Source: the human T2T-CHM13v2.0 reference genome, Homo sapiens
Assembly (NCBI RefSeq): GCF_009914755.1
Contig: NC_060929.1
Direction: 5' to 3' (one strand)
DNA length: 64,000 bases
Numbering within the stretch: the first letter of the stretch is position 1; the number at the start of each line of letters is the position of its first letter. The translations under genes and the position numbers were made by a program. This document shows, piece after piece, positions 1 to 15,495 of this stretch. Below the pieces are notes generated by a model. The model was not told where the DNA came from. It worked only from the letters and a program-made list of their open reading frames with translations, and ran no database searches.

Positions 1-178
<178 letters not shown>

Positions 179-311
179 TTAAATCATGACTACAACTATT
201 AGGCACTAATGCATTAAAATCATTTTATGGAAATATTCATCAAATGCGTATAATTTGAGATTTTTCTCAGAGGACAGTAAATATAAATTGAGCATCTCTT
301 GATAACTCATA

Positions 312-790
312 ATTCATTCAACATTTGCTCATTCAATAAATATTTAACCAGGGCCAACTATAGGCAAAGTGACTAAGGATTCAAAAGAAAACATGGTAAA
401 CATGGTCCCTGCACTCATGGAGTTTAGAGTCTACTAGTAATTAACTAATTTCACTTTGTGTTACAGGATACAAGTGAAACAAGGTACAGGGTGGAGAATA
501 AGGGAGGACCTACTTTAGAAAGGATGGTCAGGGAAGGCCACTGGAACCTGATAGATCAAAAGAAGCCAGCCATAGAAAGGGCTGGGGAAAGGGAACACTG
601 TCCTGAGGTGTCACAGGGCTAGCATATTCAAGGACTGAAAGAAGGCTATGGGGGATCAGGAATAAAAGGGAAAATAGCAAGAGATGTGTCTGCAGAATTA
701 GGCAAGGACCAGATAATTCAGCGTCCTGTGAACCACCGTTAGTCTAAGTTTTATTCTAAAGGTAATGGGGAGTGACATGACAAGATAGAT
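312..790 (-). mobile_element. LINE-2 3' fragment
   Basis: TTCATTCAACA...AATAAATATTT and ACATGGTCCCTGCACTCATGGAG motifs, typical of the reverse-complemented L2 3' end. Confidence 0.6.
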
Positions 791-1049
791 AATGTAAATG
801 CAACAAGCATTTCAGGAACAGATGACTTTTTCTTATCCCTTTTTGGAGTTACCATTGACAAATCTGACTTAGCACTTCCATTTCAAAACAAAAACGGCGA
901 CAATACAGTGCAATGATTTTCAAAGTTTTACTTAAAAGGGCAGCATCTTTTTTTAAATAAATAAAACATTTCATCTAAGATGGCCTCTCTTGTCCTCATT
1001 TCATATTATGTCACCTCCTTCAGTTCCTTCTATAACAGAGTTTGAAAAC

Positions 1050-1235
1050 ATTGGTATAGAGAACATTGGTCGAGGAGTCAGAAAATTTCAGTTATAGTCC
1101 TGACTATGACTTAACAGCCATATAACCTTGTGCAAGCCACTTAATGCCTTGACTCAACTTCTCCTTTACTAAAATGGATATAATGCCTGACATGCTTACC
1201 ACACACAATAATAGTGTGGATCAGATGCAATAATT
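1050..1235 (+). mobile_element. MIR
   Basis: GGAGTCAGA...ACCTTGTGCAAGCCACTTAA...CTCAACTTCTCC...TAAAATGG core. Confidence 0.6.
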
Positions 1236-1589
1236 TGGGCGAGGAAAGCTGTCAACATCGAGAATGTAAACTAGAAACTATATATCTTACAGATTTTGTA
1301 ATAAATTCTGGTTGCTTGATTGATGTCTGAATCATTTTAAAATATTAAAGCTCCAAGCATGAATTAACTTGCGCAAATGTCCAAGCCAATTAACAAATTA
1401 GTGGGTATGGCATTAAATGAAACCAACGCATCTACTGAATCCCTACTAAAACTGAGGCCCTATGCAATGCTATAACCAGTAACAAAGAAAAACTAAATTT
1501 GATGTTTAATAGAGAATGAAGTTTAATTTTTAAATTACTTATTGAGTCTTAAAAGTCAGTATTCTGTATTTTAAAATTAAGAGAATACC

Positions 1590-1745
1590 TTTCAAATGTC
1601 TCACCATAAAAAATGATAGGTAAGAGAGGTGATATGTTAATTAGCCTGATTTAATCATTCCACACTGCATACATATATCAAAACACCGTATTGTACCACA
1701 TAAATGTATATAATTATTTTTCAATCAAAAATATTAAAAATAAAA
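1590..1745 (+). mobile_element. Old L1 (L1MA-like) 3' end
   Basis: GGTGATATGTTAATTAGCCTGATTTAATCATTCCAC...TTGTACCACATAAAT plus A-rich tail. Confidence 0.7.
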
Positions 1746-2752
1746 ATTATAATGTTAATGGGTTAAAAAATAAATATGCTGTCCTCAATTTCTCAATACT
1801 TTCAAAGTGTTAAACTTACTCATTTTTATGAATCACTGAATTAGGTTATATTTGCGCATAAAAAGTTCATCTGAACTAGCCTACCTTCAAATAGGTTGGC
1901 TTCTCTCTTTAAAAAAATATAAAGAAATAACGTGAAGATAGGAATTTTCAAGCAATTATAAAACAATGTGAAACAGTAAATCCCCTTTGCAGCAATTAGA
2001 AATAGGAACTGGATATACACACAGCAAAATGGGTAGGTCTAAATGATTTCCTATGGGGCTGGGGGTTGTAGAAATGAGGAACAGGTATAGAGAATAAATG
2101 AATGAGTAAATGAATGAATGTCAATTAAACAGCAGAAAGGCCTGACATGAACCAATGATAATACCATGCCATGAACTGAGGAGTATTAACTCAATACTCT
2201 ATACTTAAAGGCTTACTCTCATAGTATTTAACACTATGAGTATTAGGTTGTGATTCATAAAATGAACATGTTTCATACTTTAAAAGCACTGAGAAATCTA
2301 GGACAGCATATTTTTGCTTTTTTAACCTTTAATTATATTTATTTTTAATATTCTTGATTGAAAAGTAATTGTATACATTTATGAGATACAATGTGGTATT
2401 TTCATATAACTTGTAAGTTATATATAAGCTAGACTTAGACATCTACACTTACAGAGGGTTGACTGAGAAATAAGTGGTTATATAGATAGGTCAAAATAAA
2501 TAGTTATATAAATAGGCAAATACACTAGATAGACTAAATCACATAATTTAAAATACCTATTCTAAAGGATTGACCCTTAATTATTAATCTATTTTTAATG
2601 TAAAAGATATAGGGTAACAATTTTAGAAAATACAGATATACAAAGTAAATCTTGACAGGTATTGGAGAAAGGAAAAGATCAGATTTTACCAGTGGTTATT
2701 TCTTTTTTAATTAAATGAGATGAGGGATTTCTATCCTGTTTCATGAAAATAA

Positions 2753-3127
<375 letters not shown>

Positions 3128-3519
3128 TGAAATGTTTACATAGTCAAAAACATCTAAAAATCTAAAAATCTACAGTTTTACTTGAGCTTCAGCGAAAAAG
3201 GCAGGAGATTCTCAAATACATTTGTTCTTGGTATAATATAAGTCATAATATAAATTATAGGTCATAATTCTGATTTATATCTTATCTTTTAATTTTCCAT
3301 TGACTAGATTTTAAAAAGAAATACAATCTGGTAGAAAGGAAAGAAAAGACTTTTTACAGCTCAGTCCAAACTAAAGTAGAAACTCAGGTTCCTTTTAAGT
3401 GATGAAATTGAAGCAGTTTCATATTGGATGAGAGATGAGCCAAATGATGAACATTTTACCTCCAGAATATTCTTCACTAAAAACGTACTTAATAAGCAAA
3501 TGAAAAGAAAATAATTTCT

Positions 3520-3667
3520 AATATATTTTTATTGTGCACACAGAAAATTTACAATCTTAACCATTTTTAAGTGCACAGTTCAGCAGTGTTAAGTATATTC
3601 ACATTGTTGTGAAACAGATCTCCAGAACTTTTCCATCCTGCAAAACTGAAACTCTATACGATTAAAC
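3520..3667 (-). mobile_element. Old L1 (L1MB-like) 3' end
   Basis: TTAACCATTTTTAAGTGCACAGTTCAG...CTCCAGAACTTTTCCATC...AACTGAAACTCT. Confidence 0.7.
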
Positions 3668-6600
3668 TTCAATGAAAACAAGTGGGTTCCAATGTAGATT
3701 CTATAAATACTGAAATGCGTGCCCTTAAGTTTCTAACTGCTTTTGCCTCAGATTCTTTGTCCACAAAATAGAGTACAATATCTATCTCATTGGGACAGAA
3801 AGATGAGAATGATGTCATTAGCAGAACATCATTATGTTCCTTGGGTCATTCAAATATGTTAACAGTTTACTAAGAAATTATACATCGGCCCTTTATCTTT
3901 TTTAGAAGACCAAAGATAAAAAAATAGTAATAATAATGACTAATATTTTCATGGGGCAGAATTATTGCCCTCAAAAAGCAATCACAAAACAATCCATGCA
4001 ACTGCCAAGCCAAATGAATCCTGGGCAATATCCTATGGAAAAATATCTTTACTTATGCCAAGTAAGAGAAAAGATTTCCTGGCGGCCTTAATAAGCTTCA
4101 GGCAAAAATGTTTACCTACTTCAAGTGTTCCAGTAGCCATTTCAGTAAAGGACCCTAAACAATACAAAGTCGATTACCTTACCCAAATAAAGTTCAATTA
4201 ATAGGATTTTCTTCAATTTCCAGGTTTCAACACATCTATAGAAGAGATTATCATCCATGTTAAAAGATATTCTTTCCTTTCCCTTAAGAACAATAAACCA
4301 TTAACTTGTAGATAACTTGGGAAGACTCATACCCAAAATTTTGCTTCTCTCCTCTATTGCTTATGTAAGATATGATGGTGATAAGATAAACCCCAAACAG
4401 AATTGTCTTTTATTATAATATTGTTATAATAAATTATATTACAATAATATAATTGATATAATAATATTAACTTAAACAGAGAAATGAAAAGTTTTATATT
4501 CATTTCAATTATGTCAGGAGAACAAAAACTTCTGCTGCTTCATCACTGCAGTGCATTGAGGCACTGGATTTCAAGGCCTTAAAATGGGCTTCAAAAGATG
4601 GTCTGTGATTTGCTGTCTTATATCAAATCGAGGTTACCTCTAATATCATCCACCTATGTTAATTAGAAGGTCTTAATAGTAATCCTAGAAATGCTACATT
4701 AAAAGTAGGAAAACATAATCAAAACCATAATTACATTTATTTCAGAAACTAAAATATGCAAAAATTAAGAGCATATGATGTTAAACCATCTGTTTCTTCA
4801 TTTTTAAAAAATCCTTTCTCAGTTTCTAAATATGAAAACTATAATTCTCTTTTTTCAAAATGAAGTGGTATTCCATGATCTATAATATGAATAAATCAAT
4901 ATAAACATGTACTAAAAATTAGTAGTCTTTATGTAACAGAGTAACAATAATTTACAGTCTGGATTCCAACACATCCAATAGTAACACTAATGCACTCCGT
5001 AAATTTACTGTCAGCATCTTTTCATAATGTTTTAAATAAAATGATTTTGCTTTTACATATAAGCTATCACAACTCTACCAAGATTAAATGGAATCACTCA
5101 AACTTAATTTTTTTACCTAAATTCTAAATCATAATCTACCAGAAGAAATGACAATTTGCTTGTTTTTCCTATTTTGTTGCTCTTTATAAGAACTTCCTTT
5201 TTTCACAGGCACAATAAATTACATATGCAAATAAATAAAAGCAAAACAAGCAATCTGAATGTTGCTTTTATATGTGGTATAATGCTTTGCAGCCTGGTTA
5301 CTTTGGGTGGGTCATACAGAAGAAATTGTGACTACAGGTTAAAATGAGTTTTGTGCAAGTGCACCTATAACAAAAGCAAAGTATCTTATACCCTTTCTAG
5401 TAAACATACTTTTTTAAAAAAAGATACCACCACCACCCCCCGCCTTCTAGCCCCTCACCCGCTGCTCAGCTATTTTGGAAGTCTTGTGCACTGCTGGGTA
5501 AGTGATCTCTTGTCATTTCAGACAATTAGAAAACAGTACATTTTAAAAAGATGATTTCTGTCTTTTAAAAAGTTGAATAAATGTTTCTCATTACTGGAAG
5601 GAAAGAGGTCTTAGAAAGTAATTCAAAGTTGTAAGACCCTCCAATTTGGGTAACTTCAAAAGATTTAAAGTTCTAAAATATTTCAATAAACTTGTTTGTT
5701 AAATATTATAGCCTTCCTAGGGAAAATAAATAGGCCTGGAATCCTCCAATAATAGATAAAAATCTTATTAAGCTCATTTTAGTGTCAATCGGCAAGATGA
5801 CTGAAGGAAAAAAATATGAAGGCTCCAACAATCTCAGGATTCCACTAAATGGAAAATATACCTTGGAAATCAGTTATATTGACTAATAGAAGAGAACTAA
5901 TCATACAGTAATAAACAAATATAGAGGGAAAAGAGAGATACTTATCTCTCTAACTTTCAAACAACAGAAAAATGAATGTCTTAGTCATGGTAAATTATGG
6001 TTGTAGGGATTCCCATCAATACATCAACAGCTAGAAAAAAAAAAGGTCAGAAACCCCCATTATAGCCACACAGACGGAAACTCATTGGTCTTAACACTGA
6101 AATAGTCTCACTAGTAAACTATATATTTCAAAAAACGTGAATTTATTATAATCTATCCAGATTGGATTACTTAAAATCAAACAGCCCCAGGAATTGTTGT
6201 CTTTAATCCTCCAACTTTGTTGACAAATCGTATCTGTTACAAAATCTAAAAAATTATTAATCCTATATTTTATTGATTCCCTTTTCCTTTCTATATAACT
6301 CACCTTGATCTGACCAAATGCCATAGTTAGACAGTACTGTAGTTCTTTCTCAGTACAGTGGCTGTAGCAATATAACTTAGGAAATTGAAAGCTTCCCATA
6401 AGCCTCAGCTACAGTCCCTAGTTTTGTCTGAATAGGGCTCTGAATACTAAATAGAACTTATTTCAAATAGTTAAATGTCCATGCATTTAAAGATACAAAA
6501 CTATTCTCTTCTCTGTCAAAGGTAAGGAAGTCCAAAAATTTTCAAAGTATCATCAGCCTTGCAATTATATGAAAAAAATCAAAGGTAACTACAGAAACAA

Positions 6601-7291
6601 TCAGAAATATGCAAGTTGTACCACAAATAACTACTTATTTAAAGTAAATGGACAAAAGGATGACATTTTCTGATCAGAATCAAGAGTCAAGACCCTTTGT
6701 TTTATTTGGGTTAAAGCTACTTAAGTGAATTGGTAGATATGGAAAAGTGACATTAACCTATACTTGTTTCTTTGCCTTTTATAATTCCTTAAATACACAG
6801 ATAAAAACTCCATTGCTTAATTTGTTGTATTACTTACATACTAACAAAAAAACCTTCCATACTAAGAAAAAAATGTGATAAGTAAAATGAATAACATTAA
6901 CAAAGTATCTCTAAGCAATCTTTAATATCTTAAAGGGCTGGCAAAACTATTTTTCACTTTGGTTTTAGTTTGCAGTTTGACACAATTTCTCAGGTATATT
7001 CTAAATGACACCAGGCCACTACAACACATACACAATTCTTAAACATTTCAAAGCTCCTAGACTTGTCAGAAGACAAGCAAAACAGACAAGAAGTATATAT
7101 CCATAACATAAACAAATCCCAGTACACACCATATAGATAATCAACCAGCAAAGGAAAATGGAAGCCAGTGCAATCATTGTCTCTCCTACCAATAACTAGC
7201 TAACTTACAATTGATATCAAAATCATTACCTTTATTGAAGATTTTTCAAATAATGTCACTTTATTCCAGTTCCCGAAAGAAAAATCAAGTT

Positions 7292-7598
<307 letters not shown>

Positions 7599-7944
7599 AA
7601 AGAAAAATCAAGTTGACCTGCATATGCTCCTCACTGCCGATTTTAAATGAATATTAAGCATGCTAAATTAATGATCAAAGCACTTAAGAATTTTGCTTAG
7701 AACAGCAATGGCTGCAAACTTTAGTTAATTCCTCTCATGCTGGATGTTGCAAATTATATTAAATATATAGAGATAAACCTAATTTATTGTATCTTTGATA
7801 ACTACAACAAAAAATAAATAGCCCTAAATACTATCAGTTGCATTTCAAAGCTCTGATAAGACAATCATGAGATTTACGTAGAAATACACTATTAGTAATA
7901 TATAACATAGGACTTTTTTATTACTTAAATTTTAAATTTAAATA

Positions 7945-8290
7945 CAGTCATCCTTCCACATCCATGGGGGATTTGTTCCAGGGTCACCCCCCACCCACTG
8001 CAGATACCAAAATCAATGGATGCTCAAGTCCCTTACATAAAATGGTGTAGCATTTGCATATAACCTATGTACATCCTTCCCTATACTTTAAATCATCTCT
8101 AGATTACTTACAACACCTAATATAAATGCTATGTAAACAGTTCTTATACTGTATTGTTTAGAGATTAATGACAAGAAGAAAAATCTACACTGATCAGTGA
8201 ATATGCAACCATCCATTTTTGATTTTCGAATATTTTTAATCCACTATTGGTTGAATCCTCGGATGTAGAACCCACAGAGAGGACTGACTG
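7945..8290. mobile_element. MER2 (TcMar-Tigger non-autonomous DNA transposon)
   Basis: CAGTC...GACTG termini with TA on both sides, ~345 bp; internal ATACCAAAATC..GGATGCTCAAGTCCCTTA..AAATCATCTCTAGATTACTTA. Confidence 0.85.
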
Positions 8291-8743
8291 TATATTTTTA
8301 AATAATAAGATAATTTTAATAAAGAATTCATGCTTTACAAATGATAACTCACAACATTTTATAAACTTCCCTATTGACAGAGCAAAATATAAATTTTACC
8401 ATAAAATATTAGATAAAATAGAACATCGATAACCATACTTTATCATTTCTATATGTGCATTTGCTCTCCTCTGAGATTAAGCTTATCCTCTTAAAAATGA
8501 CAAAACGTATTTATCAATCCTTCTGTGTTTTATTACACCTGGGTAAAATGAAACGAGTATTTCAGATTGTTTCCTGTTCTCAAGTTGGTAGAAAACAAAC
8601 TCGGATCAAGTCGCTGCCCAATCTTAAGAGTGGGCCCCACTGGCCTCAGGATGAATTCATAATTCTTAGGCTGGCTTTCAAGAATTAGTCATTGCTTATT
8701 TCTGTAGCCTCTACCACTTTTCCAAAAACATCCTACTACCCTG

Positions 8744-8746
<3 letters not shown>

Positions 8747-8790
<44 letters not shown>
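8747..8790 (+). repeat. (CA)22 microsatellite
   Basis: Perfect CA run of 44 nt. Confidence 0.97.
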
Positions 8791-8794
<4 letters not shown>

Positions 8795-10086
8795 ACGGCA
8801 CTACTGAATTTTTTGCTTCTAGAAACTATCACAGCCTCACTGGACTTCTTCCAAGCACAAAATTGGCGCTATGCCAAAAGCCCTGTTTGCTTTTCTGGCA
8901 GGGTTTACCTTGCCCACTGCCTTATACAGTGCCTGGCACAGAGCAGGATGCTGAAAAAAGTAGTTAATGAATAAATGAATAATAAGTGAATTTAAACTTT
9001 TTTTTAATCTTGTTTTTGAGGGAGGTATTTATTGGAACTTGGAAATTGATATATGCTCACAAATGTTATCTTTTGCTGCCTTTTCTCCTCGAATTTAAAA
9101 GGGTGCTTTTTGGTCAAGTGGCTTTGATGTTTTTCTCATTAAATATCAAAATTTGTATATGCATGTATGGATATTAAAAAGTCTAAAAGATTATATGGTT
9201 ATTTTTATTTTCTTCATTTTTGCTTATCTGTATCTCTAAATTTTTCTTCTTGGAATATTTATTACTCAAATAATAAAAAGTATTTTAAAGAGTACTAGTA
9301 AGCTAATCAAATTAACTCAATTTGTGCTCTGTAAATAGGGCCTTTACTCAGGTATTCTCATTTGTCCCTTCTACCAATTTAAAAAGTAGAAAGGAAATTT
9401 AGAAATACAATTCTAAAGAAAAGTCAGCTAACCAAGGGAGAGTTAAAAAATAATTTCCCATCAAACTTTTGCTTTACAGGCTAATAGCCTGATTGGTAGC
9501 CAGAGTGGGCAGTTATTAATTTAGTTTTCTCCATGGTACCACAGTTATTTTCTAGTTATCACTTCAAAATGATCCCTTTAATTCTAATCTCCTACAATTC
9601 AGAAAGTTTTTAAAAATCAGTTGACAAAAGGTAGCAAGTGTAATCCATCCCAAAATCACTTTTTAAAAATTCATACACTCAGTCACTTTCAACACCCACC
9701 TAACTAAAGCTAAAAACCACTTTACCTACTGGCTTTCCTTTCCATGTCCCCTGTAGCATACCATTATTGTCATCCTTTAATGATAATAATAATAAAAGTG
9801 GTTTAAAACACTTTGGAGTTCACAAAACCTCTTTACAACACAATAAAACCCAAAATTATTCCAACTATTGCCCCTCCTTGCAAAATTCTCCAAGTTAAAA
9901 AAAAAAAAAAAAAAAAGTATGTCCCCTTCCAGTTAAGTCTTCTCTCTATGCTTCCTTTCTCCAGTGAAGGCTGTCCACATTTGACATCTCCACCACCTCA
10001 TCTTCTATCAATTTCCCAAAACACTGCATCTAACTTGAGTTCACTCCACTGAAACTGTCCTCCCTAAGTCACAGATGGTTTCTTAA

Positions 10087-10436
<350 letters not shown>

Positions 10437-10699
10437 TCATTCTACAAATCTGGCATGGTAACTCACCCTTCCATTCTCAAAACTCCCTTTCCTTGATTTC
10501 TGCTAATGTCAGTCCTTTATGCGTTTCCCTCATATGTCTCCGTTCTTTTCAATCTCAATTTCAAACTCTCATTCCACCTATACCTTAAATATTCCCCGAA
10601 CTTCCATCTCTGATTTCCTCACACTTTCTCCCTGCACATTCCCAAGAAGAATGGCTTTATCCCTATTTCGTGCCTTCAAATGATACAAGATGCAAAACC

Positions 10700-10925
10700 A
10701 AATGGGCCATACATTAGTAGCAAAAACAAGCAAAACTGATCTATGCTGTTAAAAATCAAGCAAGATGGGTAGCACATATGAAGCTTCCAGAGTGCTGGTA
10801 ATGTTCTTTTTCTTGATGTGGGTACTTGGTTACACTGGTGTGTTCAGTTTGCGAAAACTCATCAAATTTACACATTTAGGATATGTGCACTTTTCTGTAT
10901 GAATGTCAGATTTCAATAACGCTAT
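10700..10925 (+). mobile_element. Old L1 (L1MC/ME-like) 3' end
   Basis: GTGCTGGTAATGTTCT..TTCTTGAT..GGTTACAC..GTGTGTTCAGTTTG..ATATGTGCACTTTTCTGTATG..TTCAATAA. Confidence 0.65.
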
Positions 10926-11447
10926 TTTTTTAAAGAGAGAAATAATAAACTAAACCTTGAGTTCAGATTTCAGCTCTAACATGTGTACTTCAGCTAAATT
11001 ACTTATCCTATTAAAGCCTTAGTTTCCTCACACTTATCCTTTCTCATTTCTGTATCTCCAGCCTAGACTTCTTCCAGGAACTCAAAAGCTACATATCCAA
11101 GTTCCTCCCAAACTTCTCCATCGCTAGGTCTTAATGGCATCTCAAACTAAACTCATCATCTTCCTCCTTACACCTTTAAAATTACCTGTTCCTCCTCCTG
11201 TATCCCAAAGTCTGTGACTAAAACTTCTACCAACAATTGCAGCCATCTTTAAAAATCCTAATTTTCACACTTAGGCCACCAAGTCTGATCTATTCTACAT
11301 CCTGAAATGACCACTGCATTGGTGTAGAAAAATGATGACGCTATAAGCATTTGTATTGTTATAGCAATCGCTTCCTAATGGATCTACCTCCCCCTTTACT
11401 CCATGCTCCATATGATTTCCAAAACGATTCTTCTAAAATGCACCTCA

Positions 11448-11801
<354 letters not shown>

Positions 11802-13654
11802 TTATCTCCTAGGTCAAGTTGTCATTTAAGGCTGTTCTTGAAATAGTTCGTATTTAATCTGCCAGATTTATCCCTACCAACTTTACTGCAGTTCACCAAC
11901 TATATCATACCTTTTAATGCCTCCATGTTGCTGTACATGATTCTCTCTCTGGCTAAAATACTCTTTACTTGCCCCATCTTCCACTTTGACTAATGCTAGC
12001 CTTTCAATAAACATCCTCTTAGAAATATTTCCTGACACTCTCACAGCCCTAGGCTAGATTCAATGCTTTTTTTCAGGAATCCCACAGAACCTTCTGCATA
12101 CCCATTATAGTGCTTGCTACCCAGTGTGGTAGTGGCTGATAGTGAGGCCCCTCTGAATGGGGAGTTCCTGATGGGCAGAGATTGCCAGGTTATTAAGATC
12201 TGACTCAGGAAGGCTCAACAGAGGCTGACATATAACAGACGGTTAACATTTTTTTAATGAATAACGGAGTGGGGAGATAGAATAAATATGATTCCCATCT
12301 CATAAAATATATATATACATTTACACTATAAAATAGTTAACAAGTTTTAAAAACATTTTAAATGCTATTTTGGCAAAATCCAGCTTTTTAAGAAGCCCTA
12401 CTTTCTTACGCTATTCTATATACAATTATTATTCTGTACAATTCTATATGATTCCATACAATTAACCCTTTAAGAGAGCCATTCTGCTATTCTGCTGGGG
12501 ACCTAATACAAACACAAAAGCATTTTGTCAACTAGCAGCATTTTTGCCAGTACTTGCTATGTTATCTTGTCAATGATCACTCTTGTCGATTATACTCCTA
12601 TCTTACAGAAAAGCATCAACAACCTTTAATATTTCAGTAAAAACTTGCTTATACTCTAATCTTTCTGGCCCTGAATTCGTAAGTCCAACTCACTTATATA
12701 ATTGACTCAGTAAAATTTGAATTCAAAATTACTAAGTCATTCCCAAGATGAACTCCTACCTGAAAACTACTCTCAAGATATACACACATACACATGTGTG
12801 TATATGTATGTGTAATATATCTGATAGCAAGAAAGCTCACTCAAGTTTTTCCATTACAATATTTCTAAGTGAAGGAATACAGTATCAGTCACTAAGTTTA
12901 ATCCAGGGTAAAAAAAAAAAAAAGAATGTACCAAAACACCTTAATAGCTTCCCAGGATAGCTAGCGCTTAAATATACTGATAATGTATAATCATCAAATA
13001 ATTTCAATCCAATTATAAATGACAAATAGCACATAATGATGTGAAAAAAATAAAACAAAGAAATTATTTCTATTTTTTCTAATAGCCAGTATTACAGAAA
13101 TGACTAGGTAATAGAACCAATATGATTGTACTACTGCTCCTGTATCACACGGAGCTTCTCAGGTGCCCTTGTCCAAAAAAAGCCCAATAGGCCATACGCT
13201 GCTTGGAAGAGACAACAAAAGAGACTCATAATTACAGGATCCTTTTTTCCTAAATATCACATATTCCTGACTCCAAAGTTTAAAGTAACTTATGCCGGAT
13301 TACTCTGCCTCTGGTTACAGAATGAGAAACAGCTCTATCTGAAATTATAACCTGAGTTCTTAATTGGCATCTTCCTCTCTGGTGAGCACCTACATCCATG
13401 TTGTTAAATCTCAGATACCAGCTAAAGAATTTGTAGCTATCTGTGGGGCACTTTTGGTACCTATAATACTATCCACCTTTTTAGCAGCTATAAAATGCTT
13501 CTACTCTTCCCTTAACTTCTTAACCTCTATTGCCTCCCACCCCAACTAAAAATGATGAATATGCACATTCCCCTCCCATCCTCATGCCACCTCCCACAAC
13601 TTCCATTACAATTTTTCCGCCATGTTAAGCGATGAAACACACTGAGTCAAAATA

Positions 13655-13810
13655 GTTAAAATGGGCAGTGCAGTCAGAAACCTGAGTTTGAATCCAGACT
13701 ATACAATTTACTCTGTGGCCCTGGACAAAATATAAAACCTCTGAGACTCAGTTTCCCCATATGTAAAATGGGGATTATATCTACTTTACGAAGTTGCTAT
13801 AGGGATTAAG
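13655..13810 (+). mobile_element. MIR
   Basis: AGTCAGAAACCTGAGTTTGAATCC...CTCAGTTTCCCCATATGTAAAATGGGGAT core. Confidence 0.75.
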
Positions 13811-13819
13811 CTATCAAAA

Positions 13820-14125
13820 GTAGCCAGCCACAGAAAGACAAATACTATATGATCCCACTTATATGAGATACCTCGAATAGTCAAATTCTTGGAGACAGAA
13901 AATAGAATGGTAGTTGTCAAGGGCACATAGAAGGCGGGAGTGGGGAGTGATTGTTTAATGAGTACAGAGTTTCAGTCTGGAAACATGAAAAAGTTCTAGA
14001 GATGGAGAACGGTGATGGCTATACCATAATGTGAACGTACTTAATGCCACTGAACTGTACAACTAAAAGTGGTTAAAATGGTAAATTTTAGGTTATATAT
14101 ATATTACCACATTAAAAAAGAAAAA
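13820..14125 (+). mobile_element. Old L1 (L1MB-like) 3' end
   Basis: AAAGACAAATACTATATGATCCCACTTATATGAG...AAAGTTCTAGAGATGG...AATGCCACTGAACTGTAC...GGTAAATTTTA. Confidence 0.8.
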
Positions 14126-15195
14126 GAATATTCTCTCAATAATTCATACTGAAAGACTTTTCCTCCCTTGTTAGAGAGAGGTATAAAAGCGAAAAAACCT
14201 TACCTTTCCCTCCCCCTAACCCAGCACTCCAAATTGAAGCTAAATGGCAAAGGAATAGAGAAGAGTTCACTGATAAAAATTAGCCTGTCTTCACAAATTA
14301 AAAGCCCAAAACTATCCTAAGTCCCGTACCTATCCACTTATGTTACAAAAGCATAAGGATTTCAAACAAAAATCAGCTTTCACTCATGATGTGGCACTTT
14401 TAGAGTTAAGTAATTTTACAGATTGTGTTTAACACACTGTAACAATATTTTTTGTTTAATGAAAGTACTGACATAAACTTTTAACTATCATCTAATCTAT
14501 GATTCTCTGTTGAATCAAATCCACACTTAAACCTTAAATATATATGAATCTCTCATTATAAAAGAGGCAGCTGTAGCATAATGAAAGGAACACTGACCTT
14601 GGAACGAAAAAACTCTAAATATGGCTCAGGTCTGCCACATATTATCTGTATTACCCTAGCTGCATAAGTCAATTTCCACTTATAAATATTGCTAGTCAAT
14701 GGAGATACCACCCAGCTCATACGATTATAATGTGACTTAAGTAAAACAAAATACTATACATTAAAATATTTTGAAAACTATAAAGTACAATTTCATTTAT
14801 ATTAAATTTAACACAAAGAAAATGAAAAAATTCTGTCAAAAATTCACATTAAAAATATACACACATCATAATATAATCTTCCATAGTCCTGAAATTCAAA
14901 GAAAGAATACTAAATGCCCATATTATAGAAAAGTATTTTTTAGAAATTACATTAATTCTTATACCAAATACTAGGAGTATTGGGGAGAAAATCAGCTAGA
15001 TACGGTGATAGACTATTGTGACATATTTCCAATTCATTACATCCTTAACTCATTTATTCCACAAATACATAATCACAAACCTTGCAACCACTGTGCTAAG
15101 CAGTGGGAATATGACGGTAAGGAAGACACCATGGTCCTTGCTCTTATGGAGCTTCCAATCTAACTGGAAGATGAGGCATTAAACATCACACAAAT

Positions 15196-15495
15196 GGCCG
15201 GGCTCAGTGGCTCATGCCTGTAATCCTAGCACTTTGGGAGGCTGAGGCAGGTGGATCATCTGAGGTCAGGAGTTCGCGCCCAGCCTGGCCAACATGGTGA
15301 AACTCCCTCTCTGCTAAAAATACAAAAATTAGCCAAGTGTGGTGGTGCATGCCTGTAATCCCAGCTACTAGGGAGGCTGAGGCAGGAGAATCGCTTGAAC
15401 CTGGGGGGTGTGTGGAAGTTGCAGAGAGCCGAGATTGCGCCACTTCACTCCAGCCTGGGCAAAAGAGCAAAACTCCATCTCAAAAAAATAATAAT
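15196..15495 (+). mobile_element. AluS (Sq/Sp-like)
   Basis: Full dimer ending CAAAAGAGCAAAACTCC; inserted next to a minus-strand L2 fragment (~15045-15195). Confidence 0.94.

Noticed and set aside
12778-12805. 12-bp-arm inverted repeat ATATACACACAT/ATGTGTGTATAT
   Set aside because: Typical by-product of adjacent CA/TG/TA microsatellite decay.
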